The notes beneath the pieces are model-generated. The model ran no database searches, had not been told where the DNA came from, and worked only from the letters and a program-made list of their open reading frames with translations. Below are positions 24,421 to 36,472 of a stretch of DNA of 47,439 bases, in pieces. The DNA comes from Basidiobolus meristosporus CBS 931.73 (Eukaryota > Fungi > Basidiobolomycota), in NCBI GenBank assembly GCA_002104905.1, contig MCFE01000672.1:1-47439 (forward strand), written 5' to 3'. Numbering within the stretch: the stretch's first letter is position 1; each line of letters begins with the position of its first letter. The position numbers and the translations under genes are program-made.

Positions 24421-26157
24421 GTTAAATTACAAAGTCTCCAAAAGTTTTTTCGTCAAACAAAAAAAATATCTAAGAGAAAAAGTTTCCAAAAGTATTTTCG
24501 TCAAACCAAAATTATATGTGAATCCAGTAGTTCTCCACATCACCTCTAATACTCCTCAGAATATTGCTACAAATATCAGATACCCAAAACATGAAATATT
24601 GATATGTTGTCCCAATGGTACCCAACATTGCACATGTGTTTTTGGGACCTTATTAAGTATACTCTATGTTTCTATTTTGCCAACACCATCTATAAGTAGA
24701 AATACTACCTTTACACCCAATAGGTCATCAAGTGAAAAACACATGATCAAATAGTTCTCCTAATCACTTCTTATCCCTCCAAAACTCTTACAACAAGACT
24801 AAATTTGTGTTTTGAGCAACCTGTGATACTTATAGGTAAGAAAAATCTCATACTTGGAATGCATCAGATAATCTGCAGATGTTCTGTTGGTATCCTAATG
24901 ATATTTTGCTGACATTTGGCTAGTAATTTTCCTTCAAAATTTTAGCTGTGATTCTTTGTGAAAGTATTGAGTAGCTGATTACCAAATTTGATATGAGTGC
25001 TATTTAGCCTAGCCACCTCCTAGAAAATATGTCTGCTTGTCTGCTAAAAAGCTACAACCTAAGATATGGATAATTGCAAGTTTATAGAAACTTGAAATTC
25101 TGCTAGACATTGGTTAATTTTTCTTAGGGATGAATCTACAACTATGTTAAGCAAAGTTCAGTAATGCTTAGAAGTAATAATTACTGGAGGTAAAACTCAT
25201 TGAAACAATATAGCTTAGCACCCACACCGTTACACTTGGCATAGGTCTACGCTTAATAGTTGTTTGGATATCAATTATAGACTTGAGGCTTTGTTGATAA
25301 GAGATTGACTAACTGGAAGTTGTCAGAATTTTCAAGTCATTCTTGGGGGAACCTCGATTAGTTTATGCTAGTAGAGCAAATTAAAATGGTTTGCAAGATA
25401 TACTAATATACTATATTTACTATAGTCCTTAAAGTTGCCAAGGAATTGCAAATTTATCCGCAAAACCCCAAGCCTACACTACTTCTTGGGATCTTCGAAG
25501 CATTCTTATCATTACGTTTACACTCCATCAGCAGTACAATACCCTATATCAACTTTATAAATCAATACGTGAGGAACCACATATTGCCATAATCCCAAAT
25601 CACATCCAGGTTTCCAAGTGAATCCCCCCCCAAAAAAAAGCCACAGATAGCACTGTATATCATACATTACTCCAATTGACTAATGAAGACCCTAAACTTA
25701 TGCGGATTCCCAAAACACTCCGTTTTTACTTGAAATAGTTGGAAGTGCCAACCACATTCACTTCCAATAATACCAAATCGTTTCAAAGGCCCATTCCATA
25801 TCTGCTTTGGAAATATATTTCTACATACCGTCAAGATCAAATTTCCCTATGATACAAACAACTTCAGTACTACATAGTTTGGTGTGTGGTGACGTTTTGA
25901 TTTATTATCTCCCTTACTACCGGGCATAGAGAGCTACTACAGATTATCACAAAGAAGCAACATCAATGTTAAGCCAGCAGAGCAGATGGACCGAAATCGA
26001 TTTCATCATTAGTACTCAATAGACCATATTCATCATTTCGGTGGTCTGCGTAATTCAAACCAAGTACACTACGAGAGATAAGGACTCGAGGAGACCTTGG
26101 AGTATACTCTCGAGAGAGAATACGAGGAATAGAATAGTCAAAGTACATCAGCGTAAC

Positions 26158-27323
26158 TCAAGCGTGTTGATTCATTTCCGTGCTAATATCCTTCACCGCT
26201 TGCAAGTATGCTCGAAGCCCTTCTGGTGTATGAGTGGGAAGCATACCATGCCCAAGGTTTGCGATGTAGCGCTGATGCGTGCCGAACTTCTCAAGCATTG
26301 TGCGAGTGACCTCACGGATCGCCTCTTCGGGAGCAAAGAGCATACACGGATCTAGGTTTCCTTGCAAAGTAACCCGCCCTTGGGTGCGGGCCTTTGCGGC
26401 AAGGGGATCGATGGTCCAGTCAAGCGAGATCACATCATAACCGCACCTTGAGAGTTCATCAAGTGCGAAATGAACCCCCTTGGCAAACACAAACATCGGA
26501 ACTACTGTCGCACCAATTCTACCCAGAGTTTCCTTGACTCGGGATGCAATTTGAGTGAGATAGGGGAGGGAAAATGCCTTGAAATCATCTGGTGTAAGCT
26601 CCCCAGCCCAGGAGTCGAATATTTGTAACATCTGGGCACCTGCTCCGACCTGGGCAACTAGATAATCTACTATCACGTCTGTAAGACGCTGAAGAAGTTC
26701 ATGAGTGGCCTCGGAATACTGGTAAAACCACTTCTTGGCAGTAAGAAAGCTTTTGCTTCCTCCCCCTTCGACCATGTAGGCCATAAGGGTCCACGGTGCC
26801 CCCGAGAAACCGAATAGAGGTACCCGACCGTTCAAGGCCATTCTGGTACGAGTGATGGCGTCGAAAACGTAGCCAAGAGACTTATGAACATCGACCACCT
26901 TTTCCAGTTTTTTCAAGTCACCGGGGTCTTTCAAAGGGGACGGGAAGTGAGGTCCTTTCTCGGGGAGCATCTGGACTTCCATCCCCAAGGCCTGTGGTAT
27001 AACAAGGATGTCGGAAAAGATAATGGAGGCATCCAGAAGCCCCGGAAAACGCTCAATAGGTTGAAGCGTAACCTTCGTAGCGAGTTCAGGTGTACGGCAG
27101 ATCTCGAAAAACGGATGCCTACTGGCAACTTCCCGATATTCTGGAGGAAGCCAAATCAACATCCATAAAGGATACCGGGATGAAGAGCAAATTTACCTGG
27201 CAAGTAACGGCCTGCCTGTCGCATTATCCAGACAGGAGCACGTTCCGTTGGTTCGCCTCGAGCAGCGCGAAGGATCAAATCGTTTGTTAGAGGGGGAAAA
27301 TCGGAGTCAGTAAGGAAAGTCAT
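26158..27323 (-). CDS. HEM12: Uroporphyrinogen decarboxylase; exons 27323-27197, 27140-26158
   Basis: [13 protein letters not shown]|[29 protein letters not shown] and NLGHG motifs; a 56-nt GTAAAT..CAG intron. Confidence 0.98.
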
Positions 27324-27609
27324 GGTATGTTGTATTAGACTGCCCTTCAGGTATTTCACTTGCATGACTTCGCTGTCATGCTATTTCAGGTTGGTTACAC
27401 CAATACACCGCATTCGAAGCCCAATTAAGGAAAGAGTGAGTAGGTTTCCCTGCACTCAAAAAGGTATATATTATGCTCAAAACAGTTTGATTGGCGGGGT
27501 GCGACAGGGTGTTTCTTGTTTCCGCCCTCACTCACTCAACATTCAAAACACGGGTCAATCCTCATATCATGGTGCGCACGAATGCTTCTCTTTATTGGAA
27601 ACCACACAA

Positions 27610-29278
27610 TCATTTGAGGGAAAGCCTTCCATTGCTCCAAGGAGCAGTACAAGTCCATGTGATACCCTTTCCTGATTCCCCGTTAGGTGTGCTAAGGTGA
27701 AATCCGTTTTCGCTGTAAAAAGAAAAAGGCACGTTCTTGGATTTATGTGGGATCTCTGCTCCCATGTGCTCGATGGATGATGTGCCTAATGAGAGGGGGA
27801 AAGTCTCGATATCTGGGTCGAGGGGCCATCTTGGGTTAGCCAGTAAAAGCCAACAATGCCTAAACAGCCATTTACCTGGTGTATCATCGTCTGGGAAGGC
27901 TGGCTCTTGGTTTTTCTCGCACAAGAACTACATATCGCCCGGGTTGTTAGAAGCGAACGGGTCTCCAGGTACAGTGCTACATACCTGAACGTATTGTCCA
28001 ACTTTTAGGTCTGCGATTGTGTCGATGGACATGGTTCCTTTACTAGGGTCACCCGAAGTAATTTTATGTATTACTGCGGGTCCGCTACTCTATAGCCGGT
28101 TGAGATATGAGAAACACAGCAGCGCAGAGAGATTGGACTGTACCTCGATGTCTTCGGTCGAAAAGATTTTCAAATACATGTCTACCTCCTTACTGATCAT
28201 GTATGATTGATCCGCCTGAAGGCTACTCAAGAGTAGTTGGGTCGCGTTGGCTTCGTCTAGTTCCAAGATCACATTTCCACGGCACCTAAAAGGGTAGGAT
28301 CTCTGAGTGACCGTTGCCTGGCAATGCCACCAGTCCTGCTTTAGCTACCTTGTAATTTTCATGGGCGAACCAAGTGATCTGAGCGAAGGAAATTGAAGCG
28401 ACAGAGCAGGTTTTTGGATCTCCTTGGTGCTATCAGAAATTACTACTCCAACTGCACCACCTGAAAAGACCTTATCGTTAAGATAAAGTGTCGTAGGCCT
28501 GCCAGTTGAAAATGGCGTAGACGATCCAATAAGCCCAAACTATTGGGAGTTAGATACTTGACAACATAAAAGCGCCCATATGTTTATATACCTTGGAGCT
28601 GGTCGGGAAGTGGTGATCTAGAGTCTCTAATAGTTGATCGGGCTCTTTGTCGGTGGCCAGGAGGATTAAGGACGAATCTGTTTTCTTGGCTCTGTGTAGA
28701 TGAAATCATTAGAAATACGATACTACGAAGGTTGAGTAGGAATCGACCGACTCTTCGAGCCCTTCGGGCAGTGCAAAGGAATTGGTGGCACTTGAAATGG
28801 AGGTAAACTTTGTCCAATCGAAGGTTTCCATACTTTCTTTCTTTATCTCCGAAGGTCTTTTCCAACGACCAACGGATTTCTCTTTCATTACTTTTCGTTT
28901 GTTGTTGTCGTCATAGAAAGGATGGAGTCGGGCATTCTCAAAACTTCCCACGACAATGCCTACGCCGTTAACAAAGCCTTCCTTGGTGAGTACCTTATCA
29001 ACAACACAGCCTAGTGTAACTTTGGAATCCACTCTACTCTTCAATTCTAGAGGAATGCTCTCTAATTCTGAAGAATCAAAAGATTGTGTGGCAAATACCA
29101 AACATAAATCACACTTTGGCTTTTCCGCAGCGCTTTTCTCCGGGAAAAGCTGAGTTAAGCAGGAATTTAAGGAGTTAGACAGACTGACCTCGGACGAGGT
29201 TGCAGAAGCCCACAGTCGTCTAGTAGATAGTGCCTGGAAGCATGGTTTCGACACTCTAGCTCTGTGTAAAAGCAGCAT
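27610..29278 (-). CDS. FIST-domain-like protein with a putative mitochondrial presequence; exons 29278-28752, 28691-28592, 28539-28349, 28285-28144, 28089-27985, 27927-27876, 27812-27610
   Basis: Six GT-AG introns splice in frame. Motifs recognised from fungal FIST-like proteins: LGCVVD, SVGRW, GLIGSSTPF.TGRP.TL, GGAVGV, KITRCRGNVILELD, ITSGDPSKG, SENGF. The N-terminus is Arg/Ser-rich and lacks acidic residues. Confidence 0.72.
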
Positions 29279-30184
29279 GAGGAATGTTTTATTGAATGTG
29301 TTGTGTGGTCTGCAGCTGCCTTGATTAGAGCCAAATGAACTAAAAACGATGGGAAATCCATGGATTCCTAAGCCACCTGAAAAAATTTGCTTACCCAACC
29401 CTTGATAAATTCAATCCCCAGACTGTTGGGAAATTGTGGTGGATGTGCAAAATCAATCTGTGGGTCACGTTCAGCATCTTTGCTGAACAAAAAGGCTCAT
29501 TGTTTGGAAAAACTAGGCTGGCATTCCTTCAGACCCACGGGTCAATCCATCCCGTCCCGACAAACGCCTTTGCCGAGCGCACTCTGGCGATGACATAGCC
29601 TTCCGAATTGATCCATGCTGGCGCTGACTAATGCCACGTTTTAGCGTCAGGTAGAGCATCATACGCCTGAAATAGAAATGTTGATTTGCTAAATTCCAAG
29701 TGATATTCTAGATCGAACATCCATTTCCCCACATCAACCCACACTGGGATGCATCGTGCTTAATGCCTGAGGACCTCAAAGCCAATACTGTCTGACCGAT
29801 GCCTGTATCAAACCAAGATTGCGGCAAGTATCTATCTTACCCATGTAACACCACTATAACAGTACTTCTTGGACCAATTATCATCCCATTAACGGCACTC
29901 ACCACTCCAATCACCGTCGTTTCAATATGGACAATTATTTATTAGCCAAGAATACAGACCGATTCAATAGGCATGAGATACTGCATACTTTCAATAGTGC
30001 AGTAATTGGGAAAATGTTACACAAACCGGTTCTGTACGCCCCTATCTGATGTCCCTCGTCATCAGAGTAGATAAATAAAAGATACCGCTGCCCGAGACCC
30101 TCCCTTCGCTTTGTCCATTCCCTTCGTTCCTTCCTTTCCACGTTTTTCGGTTTCTTGTACCCCTCGCTGTAGATTAACCCAGGA

Positions 30185-31271
30185 ATGTAAGTACCGTGTG
30201 TTTTGTTCTCCCGGAGACCCTCACTAATCTCTGGCAATACTCCTCAGGTCTAGTGTTGGTTTAGATTACCAGCCAAATGCTTTTGAAAGCTTTTGGCTTT
30301 CCCTTTTCGAAGGCAGAAATCATGTTATCGTCCTAGCTTTGATCACTTTCATAACTCACCAGGTTGTGTACTACGGACGTTACGTTCCTTTCTGGATCGC
30401 TGAGCATATCCCTTCATTGCAGAAGTACAAGTTGCAAGAGGTTTGAACTCTGTCTTGGCTGTATATCTGCCCAATGAATGCTTACCCTTTTGTGCTCTAG
30501 ACCAAGCCTGTCACGAATGAGATTCGCTGGAAGTGCTTGAAGGGTGTCTTGATTCAAAACCATTTCATCCAGCTCCCTATGATTTTGACCTTTCATCCCA
30601 CTGTCTCTGCCCTTGGAATGAAGATCACCGATGTTCCCTTCCCTAGCTTGTAAGTGCCTCTCGTATCCTTCATATCTTGCGTTATTCTTACCTGGCCAAA
30701 CTAGGTTATCCATGGTCGTTCAGATTGCTTTCTTTTTTATTGTTGAAGACTTCTACCATTATTGGATGCACCGTCTTCTGCACTATGGTGTCTTCTACAA
30801 AGTCATCCACAAGCAACACCACGAATTCCAAGCTCCCTGTGGATTGGTAAGTTTGTTGCCATTCCGATGACATCACGCCTTGATTTGCTGACGACTTCCT
30901 CCCAGGCCGCTGAATACGCGCATCCATTGGAGACCTTGATTCTGGCTATGGGCACCTTCGGTGGACCTCTCATCTGGATCGGATTTACCGGTGACATGCA
31001 TGTGATCACTGTCCTCTGCTGGATGTCTTGTAGATTATTGCAGGCTGTTGATGCACACTCTGGCTATGATTTCCCCTGGTCTCTACACCACTGGCTTCCT
31101 TTCTGGGGCGGAGCCGAGCATCACGACTACCACCATCAATTCTTCGTCAATTGCTACTCGTCCTCATTCCGCATCTGGGACCACTTGTTCAGTACTGATC
31201 TCAAGTATAAGGCTTATCGTAAGCAACAGGCAATGAAGAAGGCGAAGCTTGAGGGGAAGAAGGTCAACTAA
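30185..31271 (+). CDS. ERG25: C-4 methylsterol oxidase; exons 30185-30186, 30248-30440, 30501-30649, 30705-30846, 30906-31271
   Basis: His boxes HRLLH, HKQHH and HHDYHH; [21 protein letters not shown] and KYKLQ motifs; four canonical introns keep the frame. Confidence 0.95.
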
Positions 31272-31966
31272 TTTGCCACTGGCATCCTCCAATGGGGCAG
31301 AAGTTTTCATCCGTTTATGAGAAATCCCCCAATTATTCATTAGTATATTTTCCACCTTTAAAATTTCGATTTTTATTTTAGAAACTTCACCTCTAATACC
31401 TCACCTCATTTGAAATCCGAGATTAGTATGCTGATCAATTTTCATAAATGAGTAATTGGCCCTCTTCCAGCATCAAACCCAAAACCTTATACTCTGTTAT
31501 CAAGTGTGCTTCATTGTTTGGAGGGTGGGGAGATTCGAATCCCAATGTGATTTCACATGAGTTATGCTTTGTTGGATCCCAAGATGCTGTAAGCCTCATT
31601 TCGTGTCCACGCTCATAGTCGCAGTAATTATTTTCCCAATGAAGGCCCAAGATATCCAGAGGCCTCACCTTTGCTGGGCGATAGCACAACCAAGCCACGC
31701 AGGCTTCTACAAAATGGTCACCATGGGAAGGAAGTTCGGTGAAATTTATCAGGCCAGGTTTGTAGATTAGATTTTCAGGACACTTTAATAATAGATATGT
31801 ATCGATCTAAATAGGTATATATAGTAAAGAGAATTGGCCAGTGTGGTTGCCTTTCTTCGGGTACACAAGAGTGTTCAACCATGACTAATAACCGAGTAGA
31901 TCAAGCTGGTATAAGGTCTCCTCTCTTAAAGCGGAAGAGACTGAGAGTGGAAATCATCCTCCACGG

Positions 31967-32713
31967 CTACTTGGTTTTGATGTTTTGACTAAGCCAACTA
32001 AGGCCTTCAAACAGTCCCTCACCCGAAGTCGCGCAGGATGGATGGACATACCAATTACGCTCACGCATCCGATGCAAGCCGAGTTTTTCAGTCACTTCGG
32101 CCGGGGACATGGCTTGCCAAACAAGGTCTGTTAGTTGGTCAACACTAACAACAGTGGCTCATATCTCAACCCGTACCTGTGGGCAGATCCTGCTTATTGG
32201 CAAATACCAGCAGTAGGCAATCCTTCATTTCACGATCGCTTAAAATCCTATGCAACTCCTGTTGAGCCTCATCAACCCGATCTCGGTCTTGGGAGTCGAC
32301 CACAAATATCAAGCCTTGCGTGCCAGTGTAGTAATGTCTCCATAGGGGCCTAATCTTATCTTGACCTCCGACATCCTATGGTATTCCAATGGTTGTAAGA
32401 CGAAGTAGTCAACAAGCAAGCATTCGACGTTCCCTACCCAAACATTAAATTTCACGTTTTTGTAGCTTACAGTCTCTACGTTGAAACCAACTGTAGGAAT
32501 CGTCGTTACCGACTGGTCAAGCTTGAGCTTGTAGAGAATGGCTAGGGCGAGGAGTTAAAGAAACCATTCAAATTCGTGTATATCTAGTATATTGATGGGA
32601 CAGTTGGGCAAAAGGATACTGGTCTTCCCAGCTGCGTCCAATCCTAACATTAGAATTCGCATCTCTCGGTTGCCAAAAAGCTTCCCAAGCATCTTGGAAA
32701 CTGATAAACCCAT
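31967..32713 (-). CDS. ARF6: ADP-ribosylation factor, class III; exons 32713-32620, 32541-32438, 32375-32177, 32112-31967 (180 aa)
   Basis: MG start, [52 protein letters not shown] and [14 protein letters not shown]. Confidence 0.95.
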
Positions 32714-33369
32714 GGCTGATGCTTTCTAGAAGGTTCTTAGTAATACGGTTGAATGGTCCTCTGGGGCCTCGAGAAGCGAAAGAGCAGAAGAAAAAAGTGT
32801 GCTACAACAATCCACCAGAGATACTATAACCAAGGCCTAATACAGTAATATCTACACCAAACTTTAGGGGATTCTACAAATCCAGGGATAAGGGAGAGGG
32901 GGATTAGGGAACAGGGAATAGGCATCTGGGTAAATAATGTGTTGGGAACCCGTTTATTAAGGGGAGATTCTTAGCGCATATGAGCCTTGGTAGGCTAGCG
33001 ACACATTATTCATTGGTTCACTGATCACCATCCTGCAGGCAAGTGCCAATACTACCTCTCAAATGACATATATGAGTTGTAATCAAATACCCGCCGTTAT
33101 AAACGATTGTTAGAAACCCAATTTTGGTCACATCGTTACACTATGCAAGCCATAGGCATGCTTGCATTCATAAGAACACCTGATTTGTCAACGTCCATAA
33201 TGCAACAGGGACACCAAACAGTATCATAGGGAGAGGGGAGCATGTTGATATCTACTGATGAACAAGGGAAACCGGGTCTAGCTGGAATGATCTTGTCGCT
33301 TTTAATAACATTGTTGATCTCAATATAACATAGAGATAAACAGCTAAGCTCAAATATACCAAGTGGGCG

Positions 33370-34033
33370 TTAAATGGAGCCAAAAATAAGTTTGATCTCA
33401 CGGGAGGCACTTTCAGGCGAGTCACTTCCATGTACTGCATTCTCTGAGCCATCCTTTCCAAATTGAGCACGAATACTAGCAGTATCGTTGGGAATGTGTG
33501 TATGTTAATGCTTGAGAAATATATGATGAATAAATAGGATCGATTTACCTGCTGGGTGAATTCTCACGGGCTTTGTGTGAGTTGGTAGGCCCCATCAAAG
33601 CCCTCCAAGACTTTATCGCGTCGGGTTTTTGAAGAACCATGGCATAGAAAGGGGCGCTACATTACAAGAGAGTTGAATACCAGAGCTCTACCCATATCGG
33701 ACTATAATATTACCTGCTCATCCAATTAGTGAGTTCCTCAAAAAAAGGCCTCTCCTTATGCTCTTCATAAAAGACACTCATGAGAGCTTTATCGCCATTC
33801 ATCTCTTTCTCCATCACAATGGAGAAGCCTTCCATCTGGATCCTCTTGCGTATAGCTGGTAAATGGCCAGCATTGTAGGCGTCTGGTTTGACTAAGGCAA
33901 GAGTATTCTGAACCGGTTGTGGGTAGAACTTCTGGCTGATACCTTGGTACAATTCAGAGAAGGAGAACCAGTTGTAAAAGTTAGCCAAGAAGGCTAGCGT
34001 TAAAACCAAGATAGACGCTATATAGAGGCGCAT
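33370..34033 (-). CDS. Group II-type nucleoside diphosphate kinase with an N-terminal hydrophobic leader; exons 34033-33714, 33656-33549, 33475-33370
   Basis: TLALVKPDA, FYEEHKERPFF..L..WMSS, AIKSWRALMGPTNSHKARE..PSSIRAQFGKDGSENAVHGSDS..SASREIKLIF; two canonical introns. Confidence 0.9.
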
Positions 34034-34390
34034 AGTATCGGTGCTCGCCTCGTAGAAACTTGTAAATATGCTTTTAAATTGGCAATACGTAATTCCTTCC
34101 ATCATTGAATTATGATTGGTGCACTGGCTACAATTCATGTTTACCCATCTAACCTGAATACTCTGCTATGGAGGCGGTACTTAATTTGAAAGTGTCAGAA
34201 GTGCCGCACCCCACAAGGCGTCTTTCATGCTGGCTCAGTTGAAGAGAAATGGGTTTTATTTGATGTTATGATAATTACAACTGCAAGCTGATGCGCGACA
34301 ACGAGCTTGAATCATTAAACAGTATGAGAGCGTAAGGATAAAGAGTTGTCATTCGAATTCGGGTGATACATGAAGTGAAAGGTGAAGTGA

Positions 34391-36472
34391 TTATTTACCA
34401 GCGACCTTGGCAATCAAAACCTCAACGATGCCAGGATCAGCAACTGTGCTCAAATCCCCAAGTGAATCAGCTTCACCAGCGACAATCTTTCTAAGAATGC
34501 GGCGCATAATCTTGCCACTTCTGGTCTTGGGAAGATCAGGAACAATGAATATCTTCTTTGGTGTGGCGAAGGGGCCAATATGCTTACGAATAGCCGCGAC
34601 AAGCTCTTTGATCATACTAGCCTCAGGCTTATCAGTAAATTCCGGTTTGACGGTGATGTAGCAACAAATGGCTTGGCCAGTGAGTTCATCGTTCATGGCA
34701 ACAACAGCTGCTTCAGCAACTGCTTCATGAAGAATAAGGGCAGACTCTATTTCGGCAGTACTAAGGCGATGGCCTGAGACGTTGATAACGTCATCTACAC
34801 GACCACGGATCCAAATGTAACCATCACGATCGCGAGTAGCACCATCTCCAGTAAAGTAGTAGCCCTCGTAGGCACGTGTGTAGGTATTCAAATAGCGTTG
34901 GTGATCATTGTAGATGGTACGTGCCATAGATGGCCAAGGATTTCTGACGGCCAGAACACCAGTAACATCCAATCCTTCCAACTCTTTGCCGGTGTGCGAA
35001 TCCAGAATTACAGTGTCAATACCGAAGAACGGGAGAGTGGCACTGCCAGGCTTGGTGGGGATGGCTCCAGGCAGTGGGGTAACGATGATGGATCCGGTCT
35101 CTGTTTGCCAGTAGGTATCAACAATAGCGCATTCGCCCTTGCCTACAACAGTATTATACCAGTTCCAAGCCTCGGGATTGATCGGCTCGCCGACACTACC
35201 AATCACACGCAATGATGAGAGATCATAGCCTTGAACATACTGATCACCCATTCTTCTTAAGGCTCTGATGGCTGTGGGAGCGGTATAGAACTGAGTGAGC
35301 TTGTGCTTGGAAACCAGGTCCCAATAACGACTTCCATCAGGGTAGGTTGGGATAGATTCAAAGAGAACAGTAGTTACACCATTGGAGAGTGGACCATAGA
35401 CAATGTAGGAATGTCCAGTGATCCATCCAACATCAGCCATACAACCGAAGATATCACCTTCGTGAAGATCGAAGATGTATTTCGCAGTAGCGGTGGTTCC
35501 GAGCAGATACCCACCAGTGGTGTGAAGTACACCCTTAGGCTTACCAGTGGATCCAGAAGTATAGAGTAGAAACAGGGGATCTTCAGGGTGCATGGGGGTA
35601 GGAACGCAGTAGGGACGTGCCTTCTGCAACTCCACATGCCACCAGCCCTCTCGGCTAGCGTCAAGCTGAACCTCTGGGTTTCCAGTTCTCTGAACTACCA
35701 AGACTCTTTGGATAGTAGGGCAGATCTTCAGCGCCTCATCAGCGATTTTCTTTGTATGGATAACTTTGCCACCACGCTTGCCTTCGTCACAAGTGATCAG
35801 CAGCTTGCATGAAGCGTCCTGGATACGCTCGGCCAATGATTCCGCCGAGAATCCGGCGAATACTACGTTGTGAACAAGCCCGATTCTTGCGCAGGCAAGC
35901 ATAGAGATTACAGCTTCAGGCACCATTGGAAGGTAGATGGCCACTGTGTCGCCCTTCTTGAGCCCATATGACTGGAACAGGTTGGAAAGACGTGAAACCT
36001 CACGCATCAGATGCTGGTAAGTGATTTTGAGTGCCTCAGCTCCAGGCTCATCTTGTTCATAGATGATGGCAACGCGGTTAGGGTCTTTCAATGCATGACG
36101 GTCAACACAATTGTAACAAGCATTGATCTCTCCATCATGGAACCAGGAGACATCTCCCTCATGGAAAGAGCCTGAGCGGACGGCCTCGAACGGCTTTGCC
36201 CAGTGAAGTAGCTCTTTGGCAAGCTTATCAAAGAAGACATCAGGGTTCTCGATGCTCTCCTTGTACATCGCTTGGTATTGCTCCATCGAGCTGATGTGGG
36301 GAGTAGGATAGTTTGCATCTTTCAGTCTCTTTGGAACGGGATGTACGGGATCAGGGTCAGAGAAGCCTTCGGGAAGAGTCTTCGATTGATGATCTGACGC
36401 CTCGTTGTACTGTTTGTGTTTATCATCCTGAAGATCGATTTTAGGATGGACAGCTTGCTCGACTATAACCAT
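34391..36472 (-). CDS. ACS: Acetyl-CoA synthetase, intronless
   Basis: [67 protein letters not shown] and [12 protein letters not shown] motifs; 693 aa. Confidence 0.98.
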   Translation of the reverse strand: MVIVEQAVHPKIDLQDDKHKQYNEASDHQSKTLPEGFSDPDPVHPVPKRLKDANYPTPHISSMEQYQAMYKESIENPDVFFDKLAKELLHWAKPFEAVRSGSFHEGDVSWFHDGEINACYNCVDRHALKDPNRVAIIYEQDEPGAEALKITYQHLMREVSRLSNLFQSYGLKKGDTVAIYLPMVPEAVISMLACARIGLVHNVVFAGFSAESLAERIQDASCKLLITCDEGKRGGKVIHTKKIADEALKICPTIQRVLVVQRTGNPEVQLDASREGWWHVELQKARPYCVPTPMHPEDPLFLLYTSGSTGKPKGVLHTTGGYLLGTTATAKYIFDLHEGDIFGCMADVGWITGHSYIVYGPLSNGVTTVLFESIPTYPDGSRYWDLVSKHKLTQFYTAPTAIRALRRMGDQYVQGYDLSSLRVIGSVGEPINPEAWNWYNTVVGKGECAIVDTYWQTETGSIIVTPLPGAIPTKPGSATLPFFGIDTVILDSHTGKELEGLDVTGVLAVRNPWPSMARTIYNDHQRYLNTYTRAYEGYYFTGDGATRDRDGYIWIRGRVDDVINVSGHRLSTAEIESALILHEAVAEAAVVAMNDELTGQAICCYITVKPEFTDKPEASMIKELVAAIRKHIGPFATPKKIFIVPDLPKTRSGKIMRRILRKIVAGEADSLGDLSTVADPGIVEVLIAKVAGK

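Noticed and set aside
34407-35812. Several short ORFs overlapping ACS, and similar ones over HEM12, ERG25 and the trihelix gene
   Set aside because: Shadow frames of real CDSs.
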